Assembly (NCBI GenBank): GCA_010909165.1
Contig: MU008159.1
Location: 1,798,001 to 1,862,000, forward strand
DNA length: 64,000 bases
Origin: Anthoceros angustus
Taxonomy: Eukaryota; Plantae; Anthocerotophyta
Reading direction: 5' to 3'
In this document: positions 1 through 12,854 of the stretch, piece by piece
Position numbering within the stretch: position 1 is the first letter of the stretch
Layout of the letters: each line of letters starts with the position of its first letter
Position numbers and translations under genes: made by a program
Notes under the pieces: generated by a model
Told to the model about the DNA's origin: nothing
The model's database searches: none
Seen by the model: the letters and a program-made list of their open reading frames with translations, nothing else

Positions 1-3000
1 GGTTGCTTAAGACCATACAGAGCCTTTAGCAGCCTACATACCTCTCCCTCGCGTCACGGTATTTCGTATCCCTCGGCTGGTCCATGTAGATCTCTTCATC
101 CGGATCTCCATTCAGAACGCAATGTAACATCCATATGATGTATCTCCATGTCGGCGGCTGCGATAGCTAGGAGAGCTCGGATAGATGCTATCTTAGCGGG
201 GAGAAGGTATCGATAATCCACACACGGGACTTGTGTATATCCTTTCCCCACCTTGCCTTGTAGCGCTCTATGCTTCCATCACCTTGCGCTTAATCTTGAA
301 TGTCCACTTTGATCCTATGCTCTTCCTTCCGTGAGGTAGAGGAGTGATTGCCCAAGTTTTGTTCTTGAGAAGAGAGTTATACTCACGCCCACGGCTTCTT
401 TCCACTCCTTTGCCTTTTGGTCCTTCCAATGCTTCCTTAGGCTTTGTGGTTCGCACATCCGCCAACCATGCCTCCTCATACACATGCATTCATGGATTCC
501 AAGATCTTCTGAAGGTTTCCATTGTCTCGTTGATCTTCTCAAGATTGGTTGTCTCTCTCGAATACTTGAGCTTCCTCTTCTTCGACAATGCTTTGATCTT
601 CATCTACTTCTCCAATCGCGACATCGAATTTCCCTTTCTCCCCTCTATGTCGCATTGTTGAGAAGGTTCTGGGCTCGAGCGGTTGCTCAAGAGTGTCATC
701 ATAGTAATCCTCATTAGGGTCGCCAACATACGCCGTCGGATCCTTCATGATAACCGGGGTTGGAGCTCCCACTCCTTTGATGGGTTCCACAACCTCATTA
801 AATACAACATCCTCGCTAAAATGATCTTCTTCCTTGAAAGATCATACAACCGTAGCCCTTAATCTCGAGAGTATCCAAGCATAAGGCACTTCACGCCTTT
901 TGGATCCCATTTTGTTCGGGTTTGCTTGAACGTGAGCATAAACCATCGAACCAAAGATCCTCAAATGGCTTATGTCGGGCTTGACGCTGCAGACGCTTCC
1001 TCCGGGTCATTCCAACAATAGCTTTGGTTGGAACTCGATTCAAAACATAGGTTGTCAGTAATGCCTCACCCCAAAACGTACTTCCAAGCCACTATGATGT
1101 AACATGCATTTAGCGCCAGACTCCTAAGTTTGCGCTCCGCCACTCCATTTTGCTCCGGTGTGTGAGGGATGGTTAGTTGCCTTCCAATTCCATGCTCCTT
1201 GCAAAAGCGTTGGAAGTCGTGGAGATGTATTCACCTCCGTTGTCACTACGCAAAGTCTTGACGTTGTCCACTTCATGCTTCTCCACCATGGCTTTCCATT
1301 CCTTGAAGAGTGTAAATACCGGGATTTCTCCTTCATAAGATATGTCCAGTCTTCCTAGTGAAATCATCCACAAACACGAATGTAGCGGGCTCCGCCATGA
1401 GTGGATTTTCATTGGACCACACACATCCGTGTGTACCAACTCTAGCGCCATCTTTGCTCGTGCAATCTTGGGAACTTAGTTCGGTGTAGCTTTCCCATTA
1501 TGCACCCTTGGCATAATTGCGCTCACCCACTTCTTTCAAATCCAAGCCCAGTAACCATATGTTGGTTCTTCATCAACTGATATTGTCCACACCAATGTGC
1601 CCTAGACGTTGATGCCATAAATCAATAGATCCAATGCTATTTTGAATCGTCCATAAAGGTGCAAGCTTGCCTTCCCACGAAGCACACAACTTGTACAAAT
1701 TTCCTACTCGGACGCCCTAGCAATCACTTTAGCATTCGATAACTCAGTGCTCGATTGGATCCAAATCCTTTGGAATTGAACACAACCTCATGACGATCGG
1801 CAATTTTGCGGAAAGAAGATTCCTCGCAAGATGAGGCACATGATGCACGCCCTTAATACTCAGATGTCCTCCGGAAGATGGACTCGTAACACTCCTCTTC
1901 CCTTGATGTCATGTGACCTATTGTCACCAAGCGCCACCGTATGCCCCTCCGCAATACCTCGTAGCTTGAGAACCAAGGAAGGTTATAATCGAAATGCTTT
2001 GATCTTCATCTACTTCTCCAATCGCGACATCGAATTTCCCTTTCTCCCCTCTATGTCGCATTGTTGAGAAGGTTCGTTGGGCTCGAGCGGTTGCTCAAGA
2101 GTGTCATCATACAATCCTCATTAGGGTCGTCAACATACGCCGGATCCTTCATGATAACCGGGGTTGGAGCTCCCACTCCTTTGATGGGTTCCACAACCTC
2201 ATTAAATACAACGTCCACGCTAAAATGATCTTCTTCCTTGAAAGATCATACAACCCTAGCCCTTAATCTCGTGAGTATCCAAGCATAAGGCACTTCACGC
2301 CTTTTGGATCCCATTTTGTTCGGGTTTGCTTGAACGTGAGCATAAACCAGAAAAGATCCTCAAATGGCTTATGTCGGGCTTGGCGAGACCACGCTTCCTC
2401 CGGTCATTCCAACAATAGCTTTGGTTGGAACTCGATTCAAAACATAGGTTCTTGTAACAATGACCTCACCCCAAAACGTACTTCCAAGCCACTATGATGT
2501 AACATGCATTTAGCCTCCACGACTCAAGTTTGCGCTCCGCCACTCCATTTTGCTCCGGTGTGTGAGGGATGGTTAGTTGCCAATTCCATGCTCCTTGCAA
2601 AAGCGTTGGAAGTGTGGAGATGTATTCACCTCCGTTGTCACTACGCAAAGTCTTGACGTTGTCCACTTCGTTCTCCACCATGGCTTTCCATTCCTTGAAG
2701 AGTGTAAATACAGGATTTCTCCTTCATAAGATATGTCCAGTCTTCCTAGTGAAATCATCCACAAACACCGAATGTAGCGGGCTCCATGAGTGGATTTTCA
2801 TTGGACCACACATCCGTGTGTACCAACTCTAGCGCCATCTTTGCTCGTGTGCAATCTTGGGAACTTAGTTCGTGTAGCTTTCCCATTATGCACCCTTGGC
2901 ATAATTTCGGCTCACCCACTTCTTTCAAATCCAAGCCCCAACCATATGTTGGTTCTTCATCAACTGATATTGTCCACACCAATGTGCCCTAGACGTTGAT

Positions 3001-6000
3001 GCCATAAATCAATAGATCCAATGCTATTTTTGCTCCATAAAGGTGCAAGCTTGCCTTCCACGAAGCACACAACTTGTACAAATTTCCTACTCGGACGCCT
3101 AGCAATCACTTTAGCATTCGATAACTCAGCTCGGATTGGATCCGAAATCCTTTGGAATTGAACACAACCTCATGACTGCGCCGGCAATTTTGCGGCGAAA
3201 GAAGATTCCTCGCAAGATGAGGCACATGATGCACGTCCTTAATACTGTAGGTCCTCCGGAAGATGGACTCGTAACACTCCTCTTCCCTTGATGTCATGTG
3301 ACCTATTGTCACCAAGCGCCCTATGCCCCTCGCAATACCTCGTAGCTTGAGAACCAAGGAAGGTTATAAGCGAATCTTTGGGATGCACCGAGTCAAGGTA
3401 CAAACTCTCATCCTTCTTTGATGAAGTCGCTTGATCTCTTTCGGTGAAGCACGCCAAGATGTGTTCTTGGTCCTTCTCACGACTTGATTAGCTTGGGATG
3501 ATTTCCTTCTTCAAGTCTCGCCAATCTTATTTTACGCCCTTTGCGTGGTGATTGGGCTTCCGCAATAACAAAAGCCTTTCACCTTTCTCTTTGCATCCGT
3601 ATCCTTTGTCCCTTCTAGAGACTTGGCTTGAGGTCTTCCACCGTGATGTGCTCTTCTTGGAGAAGAGTGCCAAGCCTTCGTTGCCTTGTGTCCGGAAAGA
3701 ACCATCAAGCTCCTCTTGTAGGAGTAATCTAACCACCTCATCAAAGGTTGGTTGATTGTCACTTGACGCATCGCCAACCATGCCTCCTCATACACATGCA
3801 TTCATGGATTCCAAGATCTTCTGAAGGTTTCCATTGTCTCGTTGATCTTCTCAAGATTGGTTGTCTCTCTCGAATACTTGAGCTTCCTCTTCTTCGACAA
3901 TGCTTTGATCTTCATCTACTTCTCCAATCGCGACATCGAATTTCCCTTTCTCCCCTCTATGTCGCATTGTTGAGAAGGTTCGTTGGGCTCGAGCGGGTTG
4001 CTCAAGAGTGTCATCATAGTCGGAATCCTCATCGGGTGTCAACATACGCGTCGGATCCTTCATGATAACCCGGGGTTGGAGCTCCCACTCCTTTGATGGG
4101 TTCCACAACCTCATTAAATACAACGTCGCTAAAATGATCTTCTTCCTTGAAAGATCATACTGGCCAGCCCTTAATCTCGTGAGTATCCAAGCATAAGGCA
4201 CTTCACGCCTTTTGGATCCCATTTTGTTCGGGTTTGCTTGAACGTGAGCATAAACCACGAAAAGATCCTCAAATGGCTTATGTCGGGCTTGACGCTGACC
4301 ACGCTTCCTCGGTCATTCCAACAATAGCTTTGGTTGGAACTCGATTCAAAACATAGGTTCTTGTAACAACACCTCACCCCAAAACGTACTTCCAAGCCAC
4401 TATGATGTAACATGCATTTAGCCTCCACGGACTCCTAAGTTTGCGCTCACTCCATTTTGCTCCGGTGTGTGAGGGATGGTTAGTTGCCTTCCAATTCCAT
4501 GCTCCTTGCAAAAGCGTTGGAAGTGGAGATGTATTCACCTCCGTTGTCACTCACGCAAAGTCTTGACGTTGTCCACTTGCGTTCTCCACCATGGCTTTCC
4601 ATTCCTTGAAGAGTGTAAATACAGGATTTCTCCTTCATAAGATATGTCCAGTCTTCCTAGTGAAATCATCCACAAACACCGAATGTAGCGGGCTCCGCCA
4701 TGAGTGGATTTTCATTGGACCACACACATCCGTGTGTACCAACTCTAGCGCCATCTTTGCTCGTCGCAATCTTTGGGAACTTAGTTCGTGTAGCTTTCCC
4801 ATTATGCACCCTTGGCATAATTTGCTCACCCACTTCTTTCAAATCCAAGCCAGAACCATATGTTGGTTCTTCATCAACGATATTGTCCACACCAATGTGC
4901 CCTAGCCGTTGATGCCATAAATCAATGGATCCAATGCTATTTTGCTAACTGTCCATAAAGGTGCAAGTTTGCCTTCCCACAGAAGCACACAACTTGTGCA
5001 AATTTGCTACTCGGACGCGCCTATCAATCACTTTAGCATTCGATAACTCAGGCTGCTCGGATTGGATCCGAAATCCTTTGGAATTGAACACAATCTCATG
5101 ACCTACATCGGCAATTTTTGCAACAGAAAGAAGATTCCTCGCAAGATGAGGCACATGATGCACGTCCTTAATACATGTGGCTCCTCACGGAAGATGGACT
5201 CGTAACACTCCTCTTCCCTTGATGTCATGTGACCTATTGTCACCAAGCGCCGTATGCCCCTCGCAATACCTGTAGCTTGAGAACCAAGGAAGGTTATAAG
5301 CGAAATCTTTGGGATGCACCGAGTCAAGGTACAAACTCTCATCCTTCTTTGATGAAGTCGCTTGATCTCTTTCGGTGAAGCACCAAGATGTGTTCTTGGT
5401 CCTTCTCACGACTTGATTAGCTTGGGATGATTTCCTTCTTCAAGTCTCCAATCTTATTTCTGATCCTTTGCGTGGTGATTGGGCTTCCAATAACAAAAGC
5501 CTTTCACCTTTTGCATCATCCTTTGTCCCTTCTAGAGACTTGGCTTGAGGTCTTCCACCGTGATGTGCCCTTCTTGGAGAAGAGTGCCAAGCCTTCGTTG
5601 CCTTGTGTCCGGAAAGAACCATCAAGCTCCTCTTGTAGGAGTAATCTAACCACCTCATCAAAGGTTGGTTGATTGTCACTTGACGCATCGCTACGGATGC
5701 CCTATAAGACAATAAAAATTGCCTACATGATGGTGGCAAACTACTCGACAGGTGATCACCTTACCCTCTGAAGGTTTGATCTCTGCCTCCCTCATTTGAT
5801 CAACCAAGCTTTTCAACTTGTTGACATGTTGTTGAACGGTGTCGCCCTCAGCCATCTTGAAGTTGGAGAATTGACTTTCCAGCAGCATTTCGCTCACAAT
5901 GCTCTTCTTCTCGTACGTTGTGCAAAGAATTTTCCATGCATCCTGCGAAGAGACACACTCGCTCAATTGTGAGAGAATGTCATCTGACACATTCAGGATA

Positions 6001-6171
6001 ATATTAGCCAAGGCTTTCGCATCCTTGTCTATATCCTTTTCGAGCGCCATCCGGAAGTCCATTTTCCACAAACTTCCACAATCCTCTGTCAATGAGAAGA
6101 GATTTTAGCTTCAACTTCCATAATGTGAAGTTCACGCCATCAAACTTCTCCACTTGACGCGTAGTCTCCAT
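1..6171 (-). pseudogene. copia gag-pol polyprotein, frameshifted
   Basis: Many short ORF fragments with gag/PR/IN/RT motifs. Indels differ between the tandem copies. Confidence 0.9.
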
Positions 6172-6358
6172 ATGCACACCTCGAAAGCTATGCAAAGACA
6201 AGACAAAAGTTCCTCGCACCAAAACTACTACCAAGCTTCACGAAATTGCAACGAGCTTTTCACGGACACTTAGTCCGCATAACTACAAACAATGCAATAG
6301 AAGACAAGTGGCAAGAGTCCCACAGTGGTGGTGCAGTACTTACGCATCTCCGAACCAT

Positions 6359-6369
6359 GCTCGATACCA
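6359..6369 (-). other. Primer binding site (tRNA-iMet type)
   Basis: Minus strand reads TGGTATCGAGC; the canonical site is TGGTATCAGAGC (1 nt missing). Confidence 0.85.
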
Positions 6370-6564
6370 TGTTAGAAAACAGAATTCCTGTGTTCAAGAC
6401 ATTAGAAATGGTGTGCTATGCATACATATATAGCCTTTGGCCTTGTCATACTCTCGATAGTATGAAACCCTATCTCGCTCCTGGGATAATCCTATATACT
6501 TCTAGGACTTATACTCATAACTCTAATATGTGATGTGTTGCACCAATCCTATAGATTTCTAACA
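6370..6564 (-). repeat. 5' LTR of copia-1 (195 bp)
   Basis: Termini TGTTAGAAA...TTTCTAACA (9-bp inverted ends), directly adjacent to the PBS. Confidence 0.9.
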
Positions 6565-7474
6565 GAGACAGCGAGAAACTATGTCATGAACAAAAAGGAG
6601 GGCAGAGTGCGCATCCGGATGAAGGTAGTACCCTTGTACAGCCCCTTGTGCAGAGGGAGGCCACAGCAAGAGTTTGTGAGCTTCTTGGATGTTATGTGAA
6701 TTTTAGGATCACGGATTATTCAGATCGATCTGGGGTAAGCTTTTGACTGATGTTGAAACGTGTACAGATTCCGCTTCCTTCCATACAAAAATGGCGATGC
6801 CCACAGCTAAGTATATCAGAAGTCCCATGCTTGCTTGCAAGACAACAGAGGAAGCTGTTTGAAGATTGGGCCTGCTGGATATGCCCTTCCTCGACGTTCC
6901 CATCGAGTGCAGCACACTGTCAGGACAGGTGTTGGCTCTGTTCAAACGCTTTTTCCTGTAAGGCAACCAATCCATGGCCTCCCCCAGCCGCAAAAGAATG
7001 CCATCCGCTTGGGATCTACTGTCTCCGAATGAAGAGCCAACCCCTGTGGCATCATCATCATCTCGAAGAGGCTGACCCAACGCTCCAGGTCAACTGTTCT
7101 CCCACTGCAGACATCACATGTCTTGCCAGTCAAGGCTCGAAAGGCTCGGACCCATTGTACTCCGAGGACGAGTGCCTCGGGGAGTCCTCGGACTGGGCAA
7201 GGCCCTCCCCTCCAAGGAGTCACCATTCTCAGGCAGCGGCCTGTCCTCTGGAATTTGGAAGAGCGGAGGCTCCCTGTAAAATCCTGGCCTCAGGCTTACC
7301 CGCAGCAGAGGATCCTGTATCTCCGGATGACTGCTCGCAGCCTGCACTCCACAATTATGTAAGGCAGGCAAAGCATACCAATCCAACTCCCGGCGGCGGC
7401 AGAAGCAGCCTGGGCTCCAGAACCATAACTGCCTTATTGCATCATGACCCTCGGCAGAAGGAGAAAAACATTAC
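6565..7474 (-). pseudogene. Rearranged pseudocopy of the TPK channel gene
   Basis: 6768-7474 matches 12293-13008 in the same orientation. 6565-6767 is the inverse of 11857-12059. Start ATG changed to ATA (7318-7320), two 4-bp deletions, copia-1 inserted at 6564/6565. Confidence 0.92.
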
Positions 7475-8177
7475 ATCAGCAGCTCCCCGTATTCGCCACG
7501 TCCCGTTTCGGAATTTATATCACAGGGGGTACTACCGTGCGGCTCTTATTAGACGATCTTCGGGACAGCGGGCATGTGAAGGAGCAATTGTGCACTTGCT
7601 CACTTGTCCTTGCAGTTGCAGAAGACTCTGTCCTTGCGCTTCGTCCCCTTCCAAGACCCGCATCCCTATCTGCAAGCCAGCCGAGCGGTAGCGTAGACCT
7701 ATTGCACGCAAGCCTGTCTCCATTTCCTAAGCTCCGAGTATGGTATTGTTCTGTTGCCACCCGATTTTCTAATAGTGCGCCATGTCAAACGGTTGTGTCG
7801 CTATGGACTGGGCGTTTGTTTCTTCGCGTTGGTCGCACGTTTGCGCGTTTGTGTGTCGCTCGGGCTGAGGAGCTCTATGTGTAGCTGCTGTGTTAGCTGT
7901 ATACGGCATGTCGCTTACACCGTATGTAGGAGGTGAATTGTAGAGGTGTTTGTCATAAGGGTTTGCATGTATTTGATAGTCATGCATGTTGCTCTTCCGC
8001 TACCAGTGCAGAATTCGAAAGACCAGTAGTCCTAGCGGAAGGGGCTTGAGTGGTATGTAACGACTCCGTGCTTGTGTGCTGTGTTTCCTAATATAATAGA
8101 TACGATTCTGCCTAGCGTGACAAGCTGCTTGCAATGCAATTTTATCTGGAGTGACGCGAATTGGTGAAGTCCGCGAT

Positions 8178-9494
8178 ATGAAGCGAGTTCGTGAAGTCCC
8201 CGATATCGAGCATCTTGAGAGGCGTACTCGGAAGAGCTTCGAGGATTATGATTTTGAGATGGTATCGCTTTGTGCATGCAAGATAGGGGAGTATTGTAAG
8301 AGCTCAGAAGCAACTGGACATGCGGGTTTGGTGCTAGAGGAGGATAATAATGAGATGAAAGAGCTTCCTGAATGCGAGTTAGGGGACTATTTTCGGAGCG
8401 TAGAAGCAACTGAACACGTGTGTATGAAAAAAGAGGACGAGGTTGAAGTCGAATCTGATGACACAGGAACGTCGCGATCGGAAGAGAATGGATCCGAAGA
8501 AGAAAGAGAAAGATGCACAGAAGAGTATGGATCCGAAAAAGAAGGAGAAAGATGCACGGAAGAGTATGGATCCGAAGAAGGAGGAGAAAGATGCACGGAA
8601 GAGTATGGATCCGAAGAAGGAGGAGAAAGATGCACGGAAGAGTATGGATCCGAAGAAGGAGAAAGATGCACGGAAGAGTATGGATCCGAAGACGGAGGAG
8701 AAAGAGGCATATGGGAATATGAATTCACCGCGGCCCGCGGGAGGTCACCGCACTACGGAAGGTTGCTGGAGCACGCGGGGGATGCTGCTCTGTTATGTGA
8801 GGAAGCAAAAGACGTGTGTAGTCCAAAGAAGCTTACAGAATTGTTAAATCTTACTTTGACACTTGACGGAACAGAAGAGGAAAGCCTTGCTCACAACGGA
8901 GCAACTCTACTCAACTCGAGCAACCGCGTTCTACATGATATGCAGCTGCTAAACATCAGTGCTTCTAAACTTGAGGCTCACAAGTTGAGGGTTGAATTTG
9001 GAGATGTGCTGGAGTGGTGCACTGTGGACATTGTGTCACCTTCCTTGTTGGTATGCACAATAGATGTAAGGCAGTTCCTGAAAGTTGATTTAAGTTCGAT
9101 TGGAGTCTCAGCTGGTGCTCCGCTCCAATTGTACATACATGACAAGAACATGGAAATGCATTTCCAAGCAGATCAGAAGACTGCACGGTATACAGAGAGG
9201 AGGGCTTCAATCGGGCTGAAATTTCTCATTCCAAATTTAGTGAAGGACTGCTTAGATCCAGTGGCCAACCTTTTTCGGGTAGACGGCCTTCACCATGAAA
9301 ACGTTGTGGTGGGAATGCTGCAAAGTGTGGCTTGGTACCTCCTCAACCTGTCGAAGATCTGCTGCGTTTGCCGGGTTCAGCGCTGCCGCCCCTCCGTTCC
9401 ACCGGAAGACTTGGAGTCTTGCGACTCAACCATCTGCCTTGCTCGGTTAGAAAATTGGAGGCACGTGTCTGCTATATATGATTCGCTACCCTGA
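8178..9494 (+). CDS. Acidic-repeat protein with a Cys-rich C-terminus resembling the pre-catalytic region of PARP6/PARP8-like (clade 6) proteins; may continue in later exons
   Basis: Uninterrupted ORF (GTG 8151, first ATG 8178). Segments IDVRQFLKVDLSSIGVSAGAPLQLYIH, IGLKFLIPNLVK and NVVVGMLQSVAWYLLNLSKICCVC...ESCDSTICL match the recalled PARP6/8 pattern. No catalytic PARP domain visible. Confidence 0.55.
   Translation: MKRVREVPDIEHLERRTRKSFEDYDFEMVSLCACKIGEYCKSSEATGHAGLVLEEDNNEMKELPECELGDYFRSVEATEHVCMKKEDEVEVESDDTGTSRSEENGSEEERERCTEEYGSEKEGERCTEEYGSEEGGERCTEEYGSEEGGERCTEEYGSEEGERCTEEYGSEDGGERGIWEYEFTAARGRSPHYGRLLEHAGDAALLCEEAKDVCSPKKLTELLNLTLTLDGTEEESLAHNGATLLNSSNRVLHDMQLLNISASKLEAHKLRVEFGDVLEWCTVDIVSPSLLVCTIDVRQFLKVDLSSIGVSAGAPLQLYIHDKNMEMHFQADQKTARYTERRASIGLKFLIPNLVKDCLDPVANLFRVDGLHHENVVVGMLQSVAWYLLNLSKICCVCRVQRCRPSVPPEDLESCDSTICLARLENWRHVSAIYDSLP
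8480..8705 (+). repeat. 39-bp coding tandem repeat (RCTEEYGSEEGGE), about 5.5 copies
   Basis: Unit gaaagatgcacggaagagtatggatccgaagaaggagga; one unit is 36 bp, so frame is kept. Confidence 0.95.
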
Positions 9495-9776
9495 ACTTAT
9501 GGGTTATCTAATCCGCACAGATTGAGCAAATTAAGCCTCGGCACCTGATGTATGCACCAAAATTAGAGAATGGCAGTCTCAGCTGGTGAAGTTCTTGAGA
9601 GATTTTTTGCGCACATATCTGTTATTTGGATACTTTATCTCCTTTGAACTGAGAGAATTACTTCTTTTCTGTGACCATTATGATTTTGCTGACCAGGCCT
9701 CGTTCTGATTTGCTTCTCTTGATGTATCAGCCAGAGAGTCGGTTCTGTGTGCCTGGCTTTGCTCCCAGTGTATTGT

Positions 9777-10630
9777 GTGGAATACCAATCTCGTCAGGAA
9801 GCCCTTTAGGGTTTTTTTCGATGGTGTCACACACTTGACGACATCGGTCGTGGTCCTCGTGTCCCGATCTCGTCACTAAGCCTGTGGTGTGTGTGTGAAG
9901 ATTCTTTTTAGGTTTTGACACACAAGGTTTTCTTTTTTAGGGCTGTCAGGCATGGGCTATCGCACATCCATTCGCATGACCCCATCTGCCCGTCAGTTTG
10001 CCATAAGGAAACCGTCACCAGGCCTTTATGGCAGATAGCGTGGAGGAGCCATCGGGCGAGCGCCACTGCCTTTCGCAGCCATACAGGCCTTTGTGGCTGC
10101 AGCCATACAGGCCTTTGTGGTTGATAGCCTGGAGGCGCCATGTACGCCTCGTGCGCCTGGCTTTCGCAGCCATCCCAGTGTCGTGCGATTGCATTTGGCA
10201 GCCATACAGGCCAAAAGGACAGAACACACCGGATCGAGCATGTTTGAGGCTAACATCCGGGGCCTCGCGTACGGTGAAAGGGAAACGCAGTCTTGAACGA
10301 CTAGCATGCCCACAGTCGGGGGCTTCCACCGGGGCCGAGACATGTCCGATCGATATATATGTCCATATGTGGTGGAGGAAAACCTAAACATGAGTATGTG
10401 TGTTTGACATAAACCCTAAATGGCAGAAAGAAAAGTGGATGACGAGATCGGAACACGAGGGGGCAAGTTCCGAGACAAAAAAACTTTGTGGCGCCTACGG
10501 CCCATCGTCCGCTGATGTGGTGCGTATGTGATGAAGGAATCTTGAAGATGCGCAGGCATCTTCATGTAGAATACCGGAAGAAAAAAACTTGTCACACATG
10601 CCCGGCTTAGTGACGAGATCGGTATTCCAT
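9777..10630. mobile_element. Putative non-autonomous element with imperfect inverted ends
   Basis: gtggaataccaatctcgtca (9777) vs the inverse of tgacgagatcggtattccat (10611), 18/20. The motif ATCTCGTCA occurs twice on + at left and twice on - at right. No TSD verified. Confidence 0.4.
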
Positions 10631-11275
10631 AGTATTGCTGAGACTCCTCATATTCGTGTGTTTTTTTGGTTTCACACGCTTTTGATTTGCTCGGAATGGC
10701 CAAAACCCTAATGAGAGAGAGTGGAAATCCCGGCTCCTATACTTTCGAATTGTATCTTTCAATCGTCCAGATACAAACAAATCGGGGTGAAGGCATGGTT
10801 CTTTCGTTCTTGCTCCTTCCCGAATGCAGTGAGCAGTGTCATTATGGATTAGGTGGTAGAACTGTGAAGAGGAAGAGGGGGAAAATCTTCTATTCAGGGA
10901 AGGCGGGGACGGCGGTTGTTTTTTTGGTTACATCGTGAAAGTGAGCGACGTAATGTAGAACAGGTAGCAGGATAGTGGATGATGGGAAGGGAAATAGGGT
11001 ATGACTTTGTATCAAGTGGCGGCGGCTCAGTTTTTGGGTTACCATGTGTGCTTCTTGTATGTTACAGCGTGAGGAGGTGAGTGAGAAAAGTGGAGAGGGC
11101 GGGTAAGGGGGTTTGAACTTTGATGCTTTTCCCCTCGTTGTTCAATCCACGAAAGCAATAATCCCCATGTGCTCCATGCTAAAAAGTTGACCTAAATGGT
11201 GCACATGCAAGCTTCTTGCACGGCTTTGAATTTGCAGGCCGTCAGCCCCTACCTGGCTCAGAAGGAGTCACCCTA

Positions 11276-12854
11276 TTATACAAGACTGGTCAAGTGAATC
11301 TTCCCCGTGTGCTCAGCATCAACCCGATCGAACTGATGGCAGAGATCGTCTATTTCTTTGGCGAAACCTTGCCCAGTTCTTTCAGCTTATATATAACAAA
11401 CTCCGACTTACTGTCAAAAGAACCAAGGCAAACCAAGTCAGCTGCAGACGAAACCGCACACAGGAAGAACACGTTCACCTTGTCTCGCACAACAAGATGG
11501 AAGGCGAAAGTTTTTCACCTGATGCGTCCATCGCGGTCAAGATCAGCTGCTAGCACATCATTCCTTGTGATCTCCCTTGACATAACCCATTTGGCAATTT
11601 TGCGATGTCGCTTGTCAACTCTAGCTTCTGCCAGAAAAACAAATGCACGTGCCACTGCCAAAGTGCTCACCAAAAGCCATACTGCTGCAAACAATCTGCC
11701 TCTCACAGTCTTGAAAGTGTGATCTCCATAGCCAACTGTCGTCACTGACATCATTGTACCATAGAAAGCGTCTATCCAATTGAGTCCTTCCATCTTGTGC
11801 ATCACCAGAGTCCCCACAGCAACGCACAAGCACACCGTGCCGATGGCTAGCCCAACCTGTACGCGTTTCAACATCAGTCAAAAGCTTACCCCAGATCTAT
11901 CTGAATAATCCGTGATCCTAAAATTCACAGAACATCCAAGAAGCTCACAAACTCTTGCTGTGGCCTCCCTCTGCACAAGGGGCTGTACAAGGGTACTACC
12001 TTCATCCGGATGCGCACTCTGCCCTCCTTTTTGTTCATGACATAGTTTCTCGCTGTCTCATGGTGCCCCCCCTCCACAGCACTCAGCAAAAGAGTCTCTT
12101 GCTTATTCAACACAAAGGTCACGAGGCCGCTCAAAAGGGTGTCCAAAAAGGCCACACCAAAGATCACAAACAGGCACGCAAATAGCTTGGCGGTGTTAGT
12201 AAGGGGAACAATGTCCCCATACCCAATGGTACACATGGTGACCACGCAAAAGTAGAGTGCGTCCACGAAGCTCACAGTCGTTGGTCCAGAGAATTCCGCT
12301 TCCTTCCATACAAAAATGGCGATGCCCACAGCTAAGTATATCAGAAGTCCCATGCTTGCTTGCAAGACAACAGAGGAAGCTGTTTGAAGATTGGGCCTGC
12401 TGGTTGTGTCCTTCCTGGACGTTGCCATCGAGTGCAGAACACTGTCAGGACAGGTGTTGGCTCTGTTTAAACATTTTTTCCTACAAGGCAACCGATCCAT
12501 GGCCTCCCCCGGCCGCAAAAAACTTCCATCCTCTTGGGATCTACTGTCTCCCAAAGAAGAGCCAACCCCTGTGGCATCATCATCATCTCGAAGAGGCTGA
12601 CCCAACGAGCTCTCCAGGACATCTGTTCTACCGCTGCAGACATCACATGGCTTGCCAGTCAAGGCTCGAAAGGCTCGGACCCACCGACTTGTACTCCGAG
12701 GACGAGTGCCTCGGGGAGTCCTCGGACTGGGCAAGGCCCTCCCCTCCAAGTTGTCACCATTCTCAGGCAGCGGCCTGTCCTCTGGAATTTGGAAGAGCGG
12801 GGGCTCCCTGTTAAATCCTGACCTCGGGCTTACCCGCAGCAGTGGATCCTGCAT
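11276..12854 (-). CDS. TPK: Two-pore potassium channel, TPK/KCO family; coding exons 12854-12000, 11856-11519, 11410-11276
   Basis: Two pore loops (TIGYGD, TVGYGD), 4 TM segments, EF-hand DLDRDGRISKSEF, GT-AG introns, 5'UTR intron acceptor near 12876. One base is missing near 11358 in exon 3. Confidence 0.93.

Larger units (their letters stand above)
1..6564 (-). mobile_element. Ty1/copia LTR retrotransposon (copia-1), runs off the left window edge; internal region present in about 3 tandem copies
   Basis: Minus-strand order gag (METTRQVEKFDGVNFTLWK, ATG 6171), zinc knuckle, protease, LWHQRLGH, integrase (LELVHTDVCGP, LRSDNGGEY, PEQNGVAER), RT (KNKTWAIT, LKALYGLKQ at 1-30). 5' LTR and PBS at the right end. 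Confidence 0.97.

Noticed and set aside
6750-7691. 313-aa + strand ORF
   Set aside because: Antisense to the TPK pseudocopy, with no recognisable motifs.
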